From: Laetmonice hystrix | Lineage: Eukaryota | DNA length: 64,000 nt | Assembly: GCA_965235115.1 (NCBI GenBank) | Contig: OZ249441.1 | Coordinates: forward strand, 7,750,001-7,814,000 | Direction: 5' to 3' | Shown: one piece after another, positions 27,434 to 42,119 of the stretch | How positions within the stretch are numbered: position 1 is the first letter of the stretch | Layout: every line of letters starts with the position of its first letter | The notes under the pieces: generated by a model | The model's database searches: none | What the model was told of the DNA's origin: nothing | What the model saw: only the letters and a program-made list of their open reading frames with translations | Made by a program: the position numbers and the translations under genes

Positions 27434-28042
27434 GGTGACTTACCCAGCCGTATCATGCCGTGTCACACAACCCGGTGACTTACCCAGCCGTATCATGTCG
27501 TGTCACACAACCAACCCACAACCCGGTGACTTACCCAGCCGTATCATGTCGTGTCACACAACCAACCCACAACCCGGTGACTTACCTAGCCGTATCATGT
27601 CGTGTCACACAACCAACCCACAACCCGGTGACTTACCTAGCCGTATCATGTCGTGTCACACAACCAACCCACAACCCGGTGACTTACCCAGCCGTATCAT
27701 GTCGTGTCACACAACCAACCCACAACCCGGTGACTTACCCAGCCGTATCATGTCGTGTCACACAACCAACCCACAACCCGGTGACTTACCCAGCCGTATC
27801 ATGTCGTGTCACACAACCAACCCACAACCCGGTGACTTACCCAGCCGTATCATGTCGTGTCACACAACCCGGTGACTTACCCAGCCGTATCATGTCGTGT
27901 CACACAACCAACCCACAACCCGGTGACTTACCCAGCCGTATCATGTCGTGTCACACAACCAACCCACAACCCGGTGACTTACCCAGCCGTATCATGTCGT
28001 GTCACACAACCAACCCACAACCCGGTGACTTACCCAGCCGTA
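27434..28042. repeat. 51-bp tandem array x12
   Basis: CCGGTGACTTACCCAGCCGTATCATGTCGTGTCACACAACCAACCCACAAC; explains the 17-aa-periodic ORFs. Confidence 0.96.
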
Positions 28043-28779
28043 TTCAAACTCTCCACCACACATGCCTGGACAGTACCGATCTGGACATGTACGGATGATG
28101 TATTATATGATGTAATATGGACATTCACAGCCAATTACAATAGTCCTTTATATCCAAGTGCAGATCCGGAGGGGCAATAGAGACATGTTCCACATAGACT
28201 CATGACAAAATGGGCTTAAAACCCCCATCCTGACCTTGGTGACCCCTATGATTTAACCCTTCTGGATGAAGGGCCCCTTGCGTGCAAGTCAAAAAGAGAT
28301 CTTTAACAAAGTCAGTGACTTCATGCTAACCTCTAGGATTCCTTTTGCTATGGAGGGGGCGAGCCCCGGGGGGTCCCGCCAGACCCCCTATAGATCCACT
28401 CAGTATAGAGGGGGGTATATACAGGTCAGATACAGGCCACATGTGGTTATCTTCTCGCAGCCAGCTGTTCTCTGACTGATCTCTCGTAATGAAACTAGAA
28501 AAATAAACGTGGAGTTTTGTACCCTGACTCACTGACTGCTGTCTGCTGTAACATGTCTCCCGGCCAGTCTGTCAAACGGATCTCATGACATGAAGTTAGC
28601 CGGCCGGTAGCATCCTGTGGATGACACTTGGATATCATCTAAGTCATAGTAACAACGGTATGATTCTATCTGATCATAACATGATAGAAAACCTCGCCAT
28701 CATATGAATACTGGATCTGATCATACAAGGAATGTATAATTTAGATATTACTGGACAGTCAACGGATATAGGCCTACCA

Positions 28780-29485
28780 TACACTGTAGGCCTGGCTATA
28801 CTGGACAGGTAGCATACACTGTAGGCCTGGCTAGACTGAACAACCAATGGATGTAGCATATACACTGTAGGTCTGGCTATACTGGACAGTCAATGGTAGC
28901 ATACACTGTAGGCCTGGCTAGACTGGACAGTTAATGAATGTAGCATACACTGTAGGCCTGGCTAGACTGAACAACCAATGGATGTAGCATACACTGTAGG
29001 CCTGGCTATACTGGACAGTCAATGGTAGCATACACTGTAGGCCTGGCTAGACTGAACAACCAATGGATGTAGCATACACTGTAGGCCTGGCTATACTGGA
29101 CAGTCAATGGTAGCATACACTGTAGGCCTGGCTATACTGGACAGTCAATGGATGTAGCATACACTGTAGGTCTGGCTAGACTGAACAACCAATGGATGTA
29201 GCATACACTGTAGGTCTGGCTAGACTGGACAGTCAATGGATGTAGCATACACTGTAGGCCTGGCTATACTGGACAGTCAATGGTAGCATACACTGTAGGC
29301 CTGGCTAGACTGAACAGCCAATGGATGTAGCATACACTGTAGGCCTGGCTAGACTGAACAACCAATGGATGTAGCATACACTGTAAGCCTAGCTAAACTA
29401 ACAACCAATGGATGTAGCATACACTGTAGGCCTAGCTAAACTAACAGCCAATGGATATAGCATATACACTGTAGGCCTGGATAGG
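28780..29485. repeat. ~44-bp tandem array x~16
   Basis: AGCATACACTGTAGGCCTGGCTAGACTGAACAACCAATGGATGT with variants. Confidence 0.95.
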
Positions 29486-30969
29486 TTGAACATTCAAAGA
29501 CTGCAGTACCATGGACGTGATCAGTGTGTCATAGTGGTCACTTTTTAAAAGTTATTTTAGAATTTTACAATTACAATTTTACAATTTAGAAAGAGTGTGA
29601 TGAGAAATGGAGGTTTGCGGAAATACAATGGCGGCTAATATGTATGCGACCGCTACCCGACCGCTATAGACGTTAACCCTAGATACACGCAATGAGAAAA
29701 CTCCTATAAAAACCAACTTACAATGACAATGTCTGCTACCCTCTACAGCCGTAGGCCTCTGATCACGCACGTGTGCGCGCGGGTCAAGTTGGAAATATTT
29801 GATCTATAGATGGACGCTGACAGTGGTGGACGGCCGTCGAGGAGCGACCGTGAGTCAATGACAACTATCTCATGTACAGTCACGGCCGGGAGGGAGAAGG
29901 CATTCCGATGGGCTTTCACCGCCACTTGTGAGACGGCCCCCTACAATGGCTTCACCCGGGGCCTTTCAAAATGAGATACTAATACTTTAAAGAATACTCC
30001 CATAATTGTCGATTGCCTGTTTGGAATCAACTGGCTAATTTCACTCGGTCAATATTGTTGACAAAGGTGATGAATGGCACTTAGGAGGGCTGGAAGGGTT
30101 AACCTGCGGCTTGTTGTCGGCCAGTACGGGCCGTCCAACAGATGTCAGGGGTCTCAGGCTTGGTGGCCGGTAACGACAGATAAAGGGGTACTCAGGCTTG
30201 GGGACTGTCAGAGGTGAAAACAAGGGGGTACTCATAGAGGGGGGTTGTGGGGGTAACGGTCAGGATAAGGTGGAACGGGTGGAAAGGGAAAGAGTGTGGG
30301 GTATGGGGAGAGGGGTATGGAGAGTGGGGTTTAGGGGCGTGGGGTGCATGGAAACAATGGTGGGGTGGTTATGTGGAGTGTGGGGTGGGTATACACGGGA
30401 GAGCGGAGAGTATAGGTATACAAGCATAGGTTACGACAGAGGTGTGGCGAATAGGTCAGAGGGGTGGGATGTGAGGGGGGAGAGGGTGTGGGGTGTGGGG
30501 AGAGGGGTAGGGAGAATGGGTGACGGAGAAGAGAGCAGACACAAAGCGCCATGAGGCCGGAGCTGGTGGTCAACCTCCCGCCCAGCACAATGCCATGAGG
30601 TATTGAGGTGTGGGGGGGGGGGGGGGCAGGGTGAAGGGAGACCGGCACAGACGGACCATGTTTGCCGATCTGACGGTCAGACAAAGCCGATCGCTCCCCG
30701 CCCACCTGGCCGCCCTTCACCGGCCTCTAAGCTGGTCCCCCGGTCCCCCGCTCCCCGGCAAACCCGAGGTCATACGGGCGGCTCAAGACTTACCGTTCGG
30801 TCCCATTTTACCTGGGTATCTTTACCAAACGTTATAACTCGCCAGAGGCCGTTTCAGTTTCGGCTCGGAGGAGTATACACCTTGTCCCATGGGTACCGTC
30901 CCATGTAGAGATCATGATGCAGATGATTTATATCAGTGTGACCTTCAAGTTCAACCAAATTTCTAATGT

Positions 30970-31140
30970 CGGTTATAAACGTACAATGTAATTCACACAC
31001 ATGGGCCAGTAGTGTTATAAACGTACAATGTAATTCACACACATGGGCCAGTAGTGTTATAAACGTACAATGTAATTCACACACATGGGTCAGTATAGTG
31101 TTATAAACGTACAATGTAATTCACACACATGGGCCAGTGT
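30970..31140. repeat. ~42-bp tandem repeat x4
   Basis: GTGTTATAAACGTACAATGTAATTCACACACATGGGCCAGTA. Confidence 0.92.
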
Positions 31141-32197
31141 AGTGTAGGACACCTTGCACCACCATCGGGTTCACTTCCGAAACATATACCGGAACTGAAA
31201 CAACACCCCCTTGCGATGAAAGTCGGCATTATTCGGATCCCTCCACCTAGTTGCCATGGACATTCTGACAACCAACACTTGACGTGTTGGAGAGCGTGTA
31301 ATCTGCCTCGACCCATTTAAACTGGGAACGAATCAAAGAGTAATCGGCACACACCACTGCTGACTTCATGACAGCCCTGTCAGTTCCGTCGTACACCGAA
31401 AATAACCTCCTTGAAAAAGAAACTCGACGACAAATCAGCCAACTGAATGACCATTTTTTCAGGTCGGCCATATGGTGAAAGGGGCTTTATCGTTTCTAGT
31501 GTGAAAAAGATACATTTAATGCATGGATTTAATGTTCTGAATGGGATTCTTGATCTATTATAAGCACAATTATGCCCCTTTTACTAGTTTAACTGTCAGG
31601 ATTCTCATTATTTTGTCCAATGATAATTTCATCATAAAGATACGGAGTCCATTCCTGAGTGTCAGGTCTAGAGATGATCACTGCTATTTCTACAGCTATA
31701 AATAAACAGGTCATTGAGAATGACCCCATACCAGTGGTGAGGGGAATGGCAAATAATCACACTGAAATTGATTCAAGCAATGCTTCCTTATACAATATCA
31801 ACCAGCCATGCAGGTATGAGTAAGAATATAGGGCAGAAAATTCTTCTGTTTGCGATATTGAACGTCGATCTAACAATGCTACGCGTAATTTACTCGTAAA
31901 CGATATCGTATATCGATCTATAATAGAAAGGGTGTCTACTGTAGTTGGTCTCGCCAAGTATGCAGCTATCTGTACATGGACAGTCCTAGTGTCCTTACCA
32001 ACGCAAACACCCCACCCCACCCTCACCCCTCCTGGGAAGCAAGGTGTGCTGATTTCTAGGTCATGTGCCACCCGATACGTGCCCAATAATGCCCAGGCTC
32101 CAGTAATGTGATTTGACTCAAAACTTCAATATTTGAACTTGACGCGAACGGCGTGAACAAGCGCGCATCCCATCTCGGTTCCATCGAGTCCCCTTTC

Positions 32198-32695
32198 CCG
32201 GTACCAGCTGTGTGCCGCCCGGTACCAGCTGTGTGCCGCCCGGTACCAGCTGTTTGACGCCCGGTACCAGCTATGTGCCGCCCGGTACCAGCTGTGTGCC
32301 GCCCGGTACCAGCTGTGTGCCGCCCGGTACCAGCTGTGTGCCGCCCGGTACCAGCTGTGTGCCGCCCGGTACCAGCTGTGTGCCGCCCGGTACCAGCTGT
32401 GTGACGCCCGGTACCAGCTGTGTGCCGCCCGGTACCAGCCGTGTGACGCCCGGTACCAGCTGTGTGACGCCCGGTACCAGCTGTTTGACGCCCGGTACCA
32501 GCTGTGTGCCGCCCGGTAGGCCAACTAGCTGGGTATACCGCCCGGTACTAGTGGTGTGCCGCCCGGTACCAGCCGTGTGACGCCCGGTACCAGCTGTGTG
32601 ACGCCCGGTATACCAGCTACGTGACGCCCAGTAGGCTACCAGCTGTGTGACGCCCGGTACCAGCTGTATGACCCCCAGTACCAGCTGCACGACGC
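32198..32695. repeat. 21-bp tandem array x~23
   Basis: CCCGGTACCAGCTGTGTGCCG. Confidence 0.96.
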
Positions 32696-33214
32696 CTAAT
32701 GGTCTACAGTGGCATTTGCCCGAGACCTATAAACCATCTGAGATAAAGACTATAGGCACACTGCCTGTCAGCCCTATGTCTCTGTGGTATAATATCTGAC
32801 CCAGGGTGGGGTGGGGATGGAGGGATTACAATTGTACAGTATACTCTATATGATTACCATTACTCTCTGCCATGCAGGCGTGTTCCATTTATAACAAATC
32901 TGTATATGATTAGACAGTGATTCACACACAGGCGCCGCTAATCAAAGACAGATAAAGAACTCACAACCTAGTTTGTCGTCGTGATACCTGACGGATGATC
33001 AAAGAAAATAGTCTAAATGACATATGGTCGCAGTCCGGCGTTAGAACGTTTCTTTACCGTCATCGATGCACGTCGGTAAGATTGAAATGTCAAGGTGTGT
33101 TTGTCAGAGCTCAGGCCGGGCTGGACAGTGTAGAAATGTCAGTGAGTGTAAGTGACAGAGTGAACGTTGGCCGGCTGTGAGCGGGTACTATGTGTCCCTC
33201 CGCGCCGCACTGTA

Positions 33215-33291
33215 AAGGCCTGTACCCACTAGCGCGTTTTACCGCTGCGGTCCACGCTGAGCGACAAAACGCGCTAGTGGGTTCAGGCCTT
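33215..33291. mobile_element. 77-bp hairpin mini-element, copy 1
   Basis: 26-bp inverted arms AAGGCCTGWACCCACTAGCGCGTTTT / AAAACGCGCTAGTGGGTTCAGGCCTT with one mismatch. Confidence 0.55.
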
Positions 33292-33385
33292 ACGGCAAGC
33301 ACCACCGCCTTCAGGAGATATGTGGACATTTCCGAATTACGTGGGAGTCCGAATTTTATCACGATGAATACAACAATAACAGCTA

Positions 33386-33462
33386 AAGGCCTGAACCCAC
33401 TAGCGCGTTTTGTCGCTCAGCGTGGACCGCAGCGGTAAAACGCGCTAGTGGGTTCAGGCCTT
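33386..33462. mobile_element. 77-bp hairpin mini-element, copy 2 (inverted relative to copy 1)
   Basis: Reverse complement of copy 1 apart from one base; perfect arms; flanked by TA on both sides (33384-85, 33463-64). Confidence 0.6.
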
Positions 33463-36400
33463 TACACCGCTCTGTGTGCACGGCGCACGCGCACGCCGCC
33501 TATTAGAAAGTCGTGTCCCGAATGTGCCATTTCAAACAAATCTGTGGACGAGTGAAAATTAAACATTTGAACACCTAATTGAACACGACTGTGCTTTCTG
33601 ACCGCACGGGATAAGCTGTTGTTCTCCGGTAGAGGCGCTGGCGTCGCGCTGTCACGTGCACCAACCCATGTATCCCTCATTGTCCGGACGGGGGGAGGGT
33701 ACCGTACCCCCGCCCCCCGCACCATCACCGTCATCGACGTAAGTCTATACTCCTTTAAACACCGTCTTTAAACGCATCACTAGGAAACATTTTTCACCGT
33801 TATGTTATAGTTATATCCATAAGTTAGCGATTCACAGAAAATGACGGCATTATTTGATGATTATTTGAGAGGACGTAACTTTCTAATTGTACGTAACGAC
33901 TTCACGGCCACAGAAAGTCTCCACTGAGGCGGACCGTCGAAACAAGCGGCTTTTCTTGAAGCTCCCATCATCAAAGGCTGAAGACAATTCATGCCTCACT
34001 AACGAGTACATTGCCGCATGGGACACAAATTAGTTACAATTAACAATTTCCGATTAAAATTAATACAATTCGCGCGATTCAGAGGGGGGATAATCGGGCG
34101 GGTACACAAGCTGAGGGAAGCCGGGGGTTCCCACTGTGTCGGGGTGTGGTGTGGGTGTGGGGTAGCGAGGGGAGGGGGTGGAGGGGAGGGGTGGCAGTGA
34201 ATGGACTCAATGGAGCGTGAAACGTTCATTATACGAACTCAGTGTAATCGCCTCGAGTGTAATCGTTCAAAGTTCTAATGATGTGATCAATGATGTGAAC
34301 ACTGTATGATGTGATTCAAGATGTAAGTAGAAGCGACGTTTCCCATAAAGATGCTGTACTTCCATGGTGATATTTTTAAACAATCACCATATACGTGCTA
34401 CGGTTAGGGCGTGCAGCTCGCTAGGACACGGGCCTCGACTGGGGCTCAAGTGTTGTCTCAGAGTGTTGTCCTAGAGATTGTTCGTGGATTTTGAAGCCGA
34501 TTGCTCATAGCGTTAGAAGGATCAAGACCAGCCAATAGTCATGATTCATAACTTCACAACTTGTCCACGGCTTAGTGTCTAAAGTCGTCGTCATTTCACT
34601 TTATTAATTTTCCATCAAAGCGCAAATTGTGAACGTACCAGCTAGAACATAAAGATGAGAAGTAATACTTTTGGTAAAATAGATATTATATGGCTGAATT
34701 TTGACAATACCACTAAGTATAGACGTCACAGTCGTAAAGTTACGTTCACCCATCAGCAGGAAGTTAAGGACGCACTACAATACAGAGCATTACAGTACAT
34801 GTGTGCGTACACGTGTGCGTTTTATACAGATCCGTAGAGATAGTCAGGAATGCATGCATTCATTAATATTCACACATACACCTACACATATATTTTTATC
34901 CGTGTGGGGATCGATTATTCTGTATAATCTAGGTCATCATGACTACATTGCACATATATAATTTATATTTCTGATCAATGTTATGGACGATCCAGCGCCC
35001 GTGTCGAGATGGATCGGTTTTCTCAAAGAGATCTGAGATTAATTTCTCCTGATGCCATCCTCATGTACCCCCCCCCCCAACCCCACCCGACCGGTGTACC
35101 CCGATTTATGTGCCCACACTCACTGCGATCTCTAATTAAAAGCGAGTTTAGAGTGACATTAATTCGCTAAGTGTTCCGCCTTAGCCGAGATGGAAAGCCG
35201 TACAGAAGTGTATTTGGTCACTGATCATTTGCGCTGCGTCCGTTCAAAGCGCCCGAGTCGGTCTAATGGTGCGGCCAGTCGGCCACCAATGTGGACGAGC
35301 ACGTTCTGGTCGAAGGTTATCCCGCGCCCGATTAGTTCAAATTGTCCCTTCTCTTTCAGCCGTAGCTAAATCAAACAACATTGCCGCGACACAGAACCAG
35401 AGCCTCAAAAGACGCTTTGCTTAAACAAGTGTGGATTTTTCCGATATCGCGGCTGGGGACTATTTACGCTATTATTGTCAAACACGCTTTTCATAAATTA
35501 GATGAAAAGGGAGAGGCTGGCGTGGCGTGGCTTTGAACTGATCCGCTGGTCCGAACTGAGCTCACGTTTTGCCGGTATTAATGAACCATTATCTCTCTAA
35601 TTAAGGGATCTCGAGGCATTTGTCTTGGAAAGAAATCGTGTCCAATGCTGCCAGTCGGGGCTGGCCGTCCGTCCATGGACCGCTACTTAGATTCCAAAAG
35701 TGCTTGATATGGAGGGTCGAGACCGTTAGGCTCTGCCCCTCTCACCCCAACCCCCTCAACCCGAACCCCCCAGGGGGCAAATGCCGATATAAGCGTCGGA
35801 TTATGACTGCTATTTTTCGGGCGCTGTCCGGTCCTGTCCTCCGGAAATTTGATGGAAATTTTGATGGCGTTGCAGCAGCGATACGTGCTTTCTCCACATT
35901 CCCAAATCAGATTATTCGTTGACAGCCAGGAAGGAATGCAGCGGGCATGCTTTATTTCCAACTGTCCTCTTCTTGTGCGTTTGCCCCGGGGCTGTTGACC
36001 TGTTTACGTGTCATAATTGCACATATAAAATGTTGGAGGTTACGCCAGCTCCGCTCACGGCTCGGAAAAATGTCTGGTGCACTACAGGCCAAGGACGGCA
36101 GCACAGGCCTGGCAGTCTCTGGCGCTTGTAAGCAATCGCTGGCGCTTGTCGGCAGTGTGTATGGCGCTGCACCAATGGCACTGCTGTGGAGAAACCAAAG
36201 CGGTTGCCATGAAAGAGGCGCCAAACACGCGGCTTCCCCTGGCACGAGTCAAACGTGCTCAAGCACTTAGCTTGTCGACTTAGCTTGAGGCACGCACCTT
36301 GCACGTCCACACACACACGACAATAAGCACGGAGGGAAACTGAACGAAATGCCTAATGGCCAAACACGTTGCTGTTCAACAAATAACACCAGTACAAACT

Positions 36401-38340
36401 CCCAAACCAACTCGCCTGGTTCGTGTAGCCAGCGGCTTAGTCAAATTGATTTTCTATTGGTTAAGACAACACAGCAGCAATGTTTCTTGTCAGCCAGATC
36501 GTTGGACTGGACTGGGGTTTCATTTCGAGTCTGACAACTGAATAAATGATGTTTGAAAGACGTCTTACTCACAGCAGACGAGAGGGAATCAATGAATACA
36601 CAAGGCTGCATTGTTTATACATGATGACGTATACTCTATACCTTCAGCACGTCGTTAGCCATGATACAATCTCACTCTCTCACTTAATCTGTCCATATTA
36701 CTTCCTTTACCTGTCCATTCTATCAACAGCTGTGCTTGCTATTGTTCATGAACATACAAATCTTAATTGTTTACGTTTTAAGGATATCGTCTAAAGCCCT
36801 ATAAACATCATCACATTTTTAATACCTGATCAGATTTTTTGGCGTGTATTCAATTGACAAGCCTGGATCCCGTTTTCTATCACACTGACTATAATCTTTC
36901 CGAGACCTTATTGATTACGTGGTCCGTTACTTCGTCCATTGATTCGTACAAGATATCTAACCCCGTCCACATTGACTGAGGTATACATAGTGAAAGTCAC
37001 ACCGACTCGTCTGGCATTCATTGAACCCACTCTGTAAAAGTTTGTATCAAACCAGGCTGGACGGGGCAGTTTGTCGACCCCCGTTACCCCCTCTAGTGGA
37101 CAAAGTTGGATCTATACGTATATGTCCAGGTGAGTGTGCGGGTCGTCTGGCCGTGCGCGTCCACCTGGCGGCGGGAGAGGGAATCACGAACGCCGATGAC
37201 GAACGGCGTACAGTATTGATACCATCTTGACATATCGGACACGACAATTAACCTGTCCATTAAAGTCTTACACGACCGGAAACGGATCCCGTACGGACTG
37301 AGTGTGTGTAATCGATGGAGACGTACCGCTATCTGTGAACCAATCGACAGAATGGACGACATGTTGATGCAGCAATATGGTGACGTGTTTGACGACTGAT
37401 CAATATTCCTCTTCTGTTTTTTTTTCCTCATTCATGCAATATTTGATTTCGACAAGATACCCCCTCCCATATATAATATATTATACCTTCTATGCGTGTG
37501 TGTATACATACACGTATGTACAATAAGATACGCATATACTTAGGCCCTATGGACATTGATACCAACTTGCAGACATGCAACGATGTGCATGTATGCACTC
37601 ATAATCTTTTCGCCATAAAGGGTTACATAATTACGGACACGCGCTTACATAACATCCTTGTATCCACGCTCCCTTCACACCCGACGTGTAACTTAACAAT
37701 TATAAGTAAGACAACACAGAGTAATCAGCCAATTCACCACCCCGAGGTTCGCCACCCTACACCCCCAGGTCTCTATATGACCCCTAACCCTGTATCATGT
37801 TTCAGGACGAGAGCACCGGACTAGGCAATCATTTCAAGTGATTTATTTGAATAGTTAACCCCCAGTAGTTGACATTCAAAATCGAGTGGCTGTCATTTAA
37901 ATTCCCGCTGCAGGCCGAATGGCGGTTTATTTAGCTCGAGGGTGATTACCCGGATGTAAGTGTCGGCTGAGTACACCATGGTAACGACGTCATCCCGTCG
38001 GTTCGAGTCGCCCGACGCCCTCCGACAGGATGGGATTAACGGAGATTCAATGACAGGTATAGATGGGGGTTGGAGATTAACGAAAACCCAATGACAAGTA
38101 TAGATGGGGTCCTTCAGTCAACCCCTTGTTGTTATCACCCACCCAATCAGGGTGAATCTGTATACCCTCCTTGAGAACCCAACATGGTACATCTCCATGG
38201 TAACTTTTACGCCCGGTCTGGGGGTTATTCTAACCCCAACCCTAACCCCAGCCCCCCGGTACCTATACAGACCACCCAACAAGCTGATCCCCAACCCAGC
38301 CCTGTCACTGCCCCTAACCCAAATTTCGTGGGATCTTACC

Positions 38341-38494
38341 NNNNNNNNNNNNNNNNNNNNNNNNNNNNNNNNNNNNNNNNNNNNNNNNNNNNNNNNNNNN
38401 NNNNNNNNNNNNNNNNNNNNNNNNNNNNNNNNNNNNNNNNNNNNNNNNNNNNNNNNNNNNNNNNNNNNNNNNNNNNNNNNNNNNNNNNNNNNNN
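38341..38494. other. assembly gap (154 N)
   Basis: Run of N bases. Confidence 0.99.
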
Positions 38495-39177
38495 GTAAGC
38501 TGTCAGCGGTTAGAGACTGTGAACAAAGACCGCCAACCAGTCTGCACGGACAGGGTGGGGTCCATGGGGGGGGGGGGGGGTGACCTCAGACTCGGGGTAC
38601 ACGTCAACTGTACCCGGCCATGCACCGACACGGCCATGGCCATGTGAGGACAACACATCAATGTCCTTTGTATAACTACTGCTTTATGTATACACAACAT
38701 CCTGGCTATCATTTTCTGATATTGAAACGTCTCTGTAACAGGATGAATGATGTTGATCACCACAATGTCCACAAACTCTGACGTCGATGATTTATTGTAT
38801 GACCTTGGCATGAAATTATCATTTGAAGGTCATTTCTCATACCCTCATCAATACGAGTTTCAGTACTGGCATCGTTTGCAATGACCAATGAATGTTCAAT
38901 ACCCGTCTTAGTGTAATTGTATACGGACAGTGAGGTCAAGAAGTTCTGAAGAGGGTCTGGTTATATCTGGGTATGATCTATGAGCTAGTCAGGTTTCACG
39001 GGCCGAAGGAATGGCCCCTCCAGGAATGTATGTACAAATGTACACCCGCTGGCTCTAAGCGTTCAAACATTAAAACCCACATCAAAGTCCAGTCTGAAGA
39101 ACTGCGTTACTCAAGACGTCCTGAAAGTGCACTGATCTGAAGTCTTTTTTTTACTGGTCTTGCCAGGACACAAGTAT

Positions 39178-39460
39178 AGAGGTTTCACTGGGGCAGGTAG
39201 GTTTCACTGAGGCAGGTATGTAGAGGTTTCACTAGGGCAGGTATGTTTCACTGGGGCAGGTATGTAGAGGTTTCTCTGGGGCAGGTATGTAGAGGTTTCA
39301 CTGGGGCAGGTATGTAGAGGTTTCACTGGAGCAGGTATGTAGAGGTTTCACTGGGGCAGGTATGTAGAGGTTTCACTGGGGCAGGTATGTAGAGGTTTCA
39401 CTAGGGCAGGTATGTAGAGGTTTCACTGGGGAAGGTATAGGTTTCACTGGGGCAGGTATC
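39178..39460. repeat. 25-bp tandem array x~11
   Basis: GTAGAGGTTTCACTGGGGCAGGTAT. Confidence 0.94.
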
Positions 39461-41014
39461 AGTATCACCCTGTCGCTATGAGTGTGTTCAGACGGATTAC
39501 GACGAAAGCCCTGAGGTCAATGAAAGGCGGTAAACACATCAAAAAGGCCCGGGGGAGTTGGGCGGCCCCCCTGGATGCAGACTCCCCGAGTCAGCCTCAG
39601 ATGAGCCTGGCCTGTGTTGCAGTGAACCTTGACGGTGCAGTGACACCCAACCCGGACCGGGCGGCCGGCTGGTAGAGCCCGGGGCACGGCGGCCAGATGT
39701 TAAACCCGACGCCCTGACTGATCACTCGGCCGGTGGGGTACGGGTTATTTCCCGCCGTATATACGGCGAGGTTGGCGGCTTGTCACAGGAGTTAACGGGG
39801 CGTTGACAGCCCCCACCTGGGGGGCATCACGATCAGTCGGCCCCGGCGGCCGGCCTCCGTGAGCCGGCTGAGTGATGGGCGAGGGTCCCGGCAGGAGGAG
39901 GGAGGATGCCGGGCCCGGGCTGGGGGATACCGGGGGGGGGGGGGAGGCTGCCGGGACCGGGGGAGAGGACAGGCGGTAGGGGTCTACCACTACAACGTGG
40001 TCGATGGTCGGGTAAACAGAGCACGTGGTCCGACGGTGTAACACCAGCTTGAATGTTTCAACAAAATCAAGAGGCTAGGGGTATTGGGTGTCGGTATGAC
40101 CTTAACCTGTCACTCATACTGAAACAAATAGGTCCTACAGTGACGGCGCCGCGGTGTGGTCTGTTACTGAACCTAAACCTGCCATTCATCCTGAAACAAA
40201 TAGGTCCTGCAGAGATTATACGGAGTGTTTATGGCTAACATAGGTAAGCATAGCTCCCCCTTTCTATACTCATGGCCGGTTTTTACTTTTCTCGTAAGAG
40301 TACACGATATAAAATTTCCAATACGTATAACCTTGTTTTAGTACTAGAATAAAGCGGATGTGAACATTGATCAAACTGTATGAATGCGAAGGTCCACTCC
40401 TGCTGGTTATACTGGAATGTTACATTAACTCGGCTAGAGACATGTACCCGGGTACTACCCAACCTTTCGGTGTGTCATACTTCCACTCAATGGTCGATCA
40501 CAGCGCCACCATTCAGAGCGTCGAGCAGGATCAATTAGAGACGGAGTAACAGGTGAATATCCGCCCTGACCGCCGCCCGCCCGCCCGCCCTCCCTCCCCC
40601 ACCCGCCCGGCGGGGACAGGCTGGGGACGGGCCGGGGTGGTAGACTATGTACGGCCTCTGTATAGACACCGCCCGGTCGCCGATTACAGTGTTCACCGTC
40701 AACCGCTGAACATCACGAAGGCACGTTCTTCCCCGACCCTCACTGCCTCCATTATCGCCGGCCAGGCCAGGAGAATGGCCAATCGAATAGAGCATTGCAG
40801 TGGGCAGGCGGGAGGCTGTGGCTAGGGCGGGCGCAGGGGGCAGGGAGGGGGCAGTCGGGGTCGAGGTGAGGTCTGCCCGCCGGTGGAGGCCACCCGGCCG
40901 CCTGGCCCCGTCAGGACCGAGGGGTCGCGTGTCGGGGTAAAGAACCCGGGTAACACCACGCCATCATCGTCACCCTGCCGTCTCAGGGTTATCCTACCCA
41001 CCCCATGCTGCGTT

Positions 41015-41660
41015 CTCCCACCATTGTCAAACCCTGGTCAGTAACATCCAGCGAGTTTTGTCTCATTCTCTGACCATTGTCAAACCCTGGTCAGTAACAT
41101 CCAGCGGGTTTTGTCTCATTCTCTGATCATTGTCAAACCCTGGTCAGTAACATCCAGCGAGTTTTGTCTCATTCTCTGACCATTGTCAAACTCTGGTCAG
41201 TAACATCCAGCGGGTTTTGTCTCATTCTCTGATCATTGTCAAACTCTGGTCAGTAACATCCAGCGAGTTTTGTCTCATTCTCTGACCATTGTCAAACTCT
41301 GGTCAGTAACATCCAGCGAGTTTTGTCTCATTCTCTGACCATTGTCAAACTCTGGTCAGTAACATCCAGCGAGTTTTGTCTCATTCTCTGACCATTGTCA
41401 AACTCTGGTCAGTAACATCCAGCGAGTTTTGTCTCATTCTCCCACCATTGTCAAACCCTGGTCAGTAACATCCAGCGAGTTTTGTCTCATTCTCTGACCA
41501 TTGTCAAACTCTGGTCAGTAACATCCAGCAAGTTTTGTCTCATTCTCTGACCATTGTCAAACCCTGGTCAGTAACATCCAGCGAGTTTTGTCTCATTCTC
41601 TGACCATTGTCAAACCCTGGTCAGTAACATCCAGCAAGTTTTGTCTCATTCTCTGACAGT
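41015..41660. repeat. 53-bp tandem array x12
   Basis: CCATTGTCAAACTCTGGTCAGTAACATCCAGCGAGTTTTGTCTCATTCTCTGA. Confidence 0.96.
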
Positions 41661-42119
41661 ATAATCACCATTCTCGTGGAGGGTCAACCCCATGCCCCTC
41701 TCAATCGGCAACATTCGATACTTTAGTATCAGTCAAAATCTGTTAGTTAGGAAAGGGAAAATGCAATGTTAAATTTGTAGGCTATATACCTGTACAAAAT
41801 CTTATAATGGTGAATGTGATTTCAGTCCAGACATACGGGTGCATGCATGGAAGAGGTCGGAACACACTTCTTCTGATTCTGTAAGAAGTTCGTAAGTCTG
41901 TATGTCATTCAAATATCAGAGATGATACTCTGTACTGAGGCAGCAGGGGCCAGTTACCCCCTCGTCATCCTTAAATAAAACCCTTTTTGACAGAGAAGTG
42001 TCTTTTACAAAGTATAGAAACATGTACTTGTTGCGTCGGTCCCCAGACAATATTTCATTGCATGCATGGGCGCGGCAATCTCACGCTCAGAAATACACAT
42101 TCCGCCGTCGTGATGTGAC

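Noticed and set aside
27435-28098. 146- and 212-aa ORFs
   Set aside because: 17-aa periodicity from the 51-bp repeat.
32126-32690. His/Trp-rich and Cys/Pro-rich ORFs
   Set aside because: 7-aa periodic translations of the 21-bp repeat on both strands.
38225-38335. Telomere-like CCCTAA words next to the gap
   Set aside because: Only two isolated CCCTAA within C-rich sequence; no tandem telomeric run.
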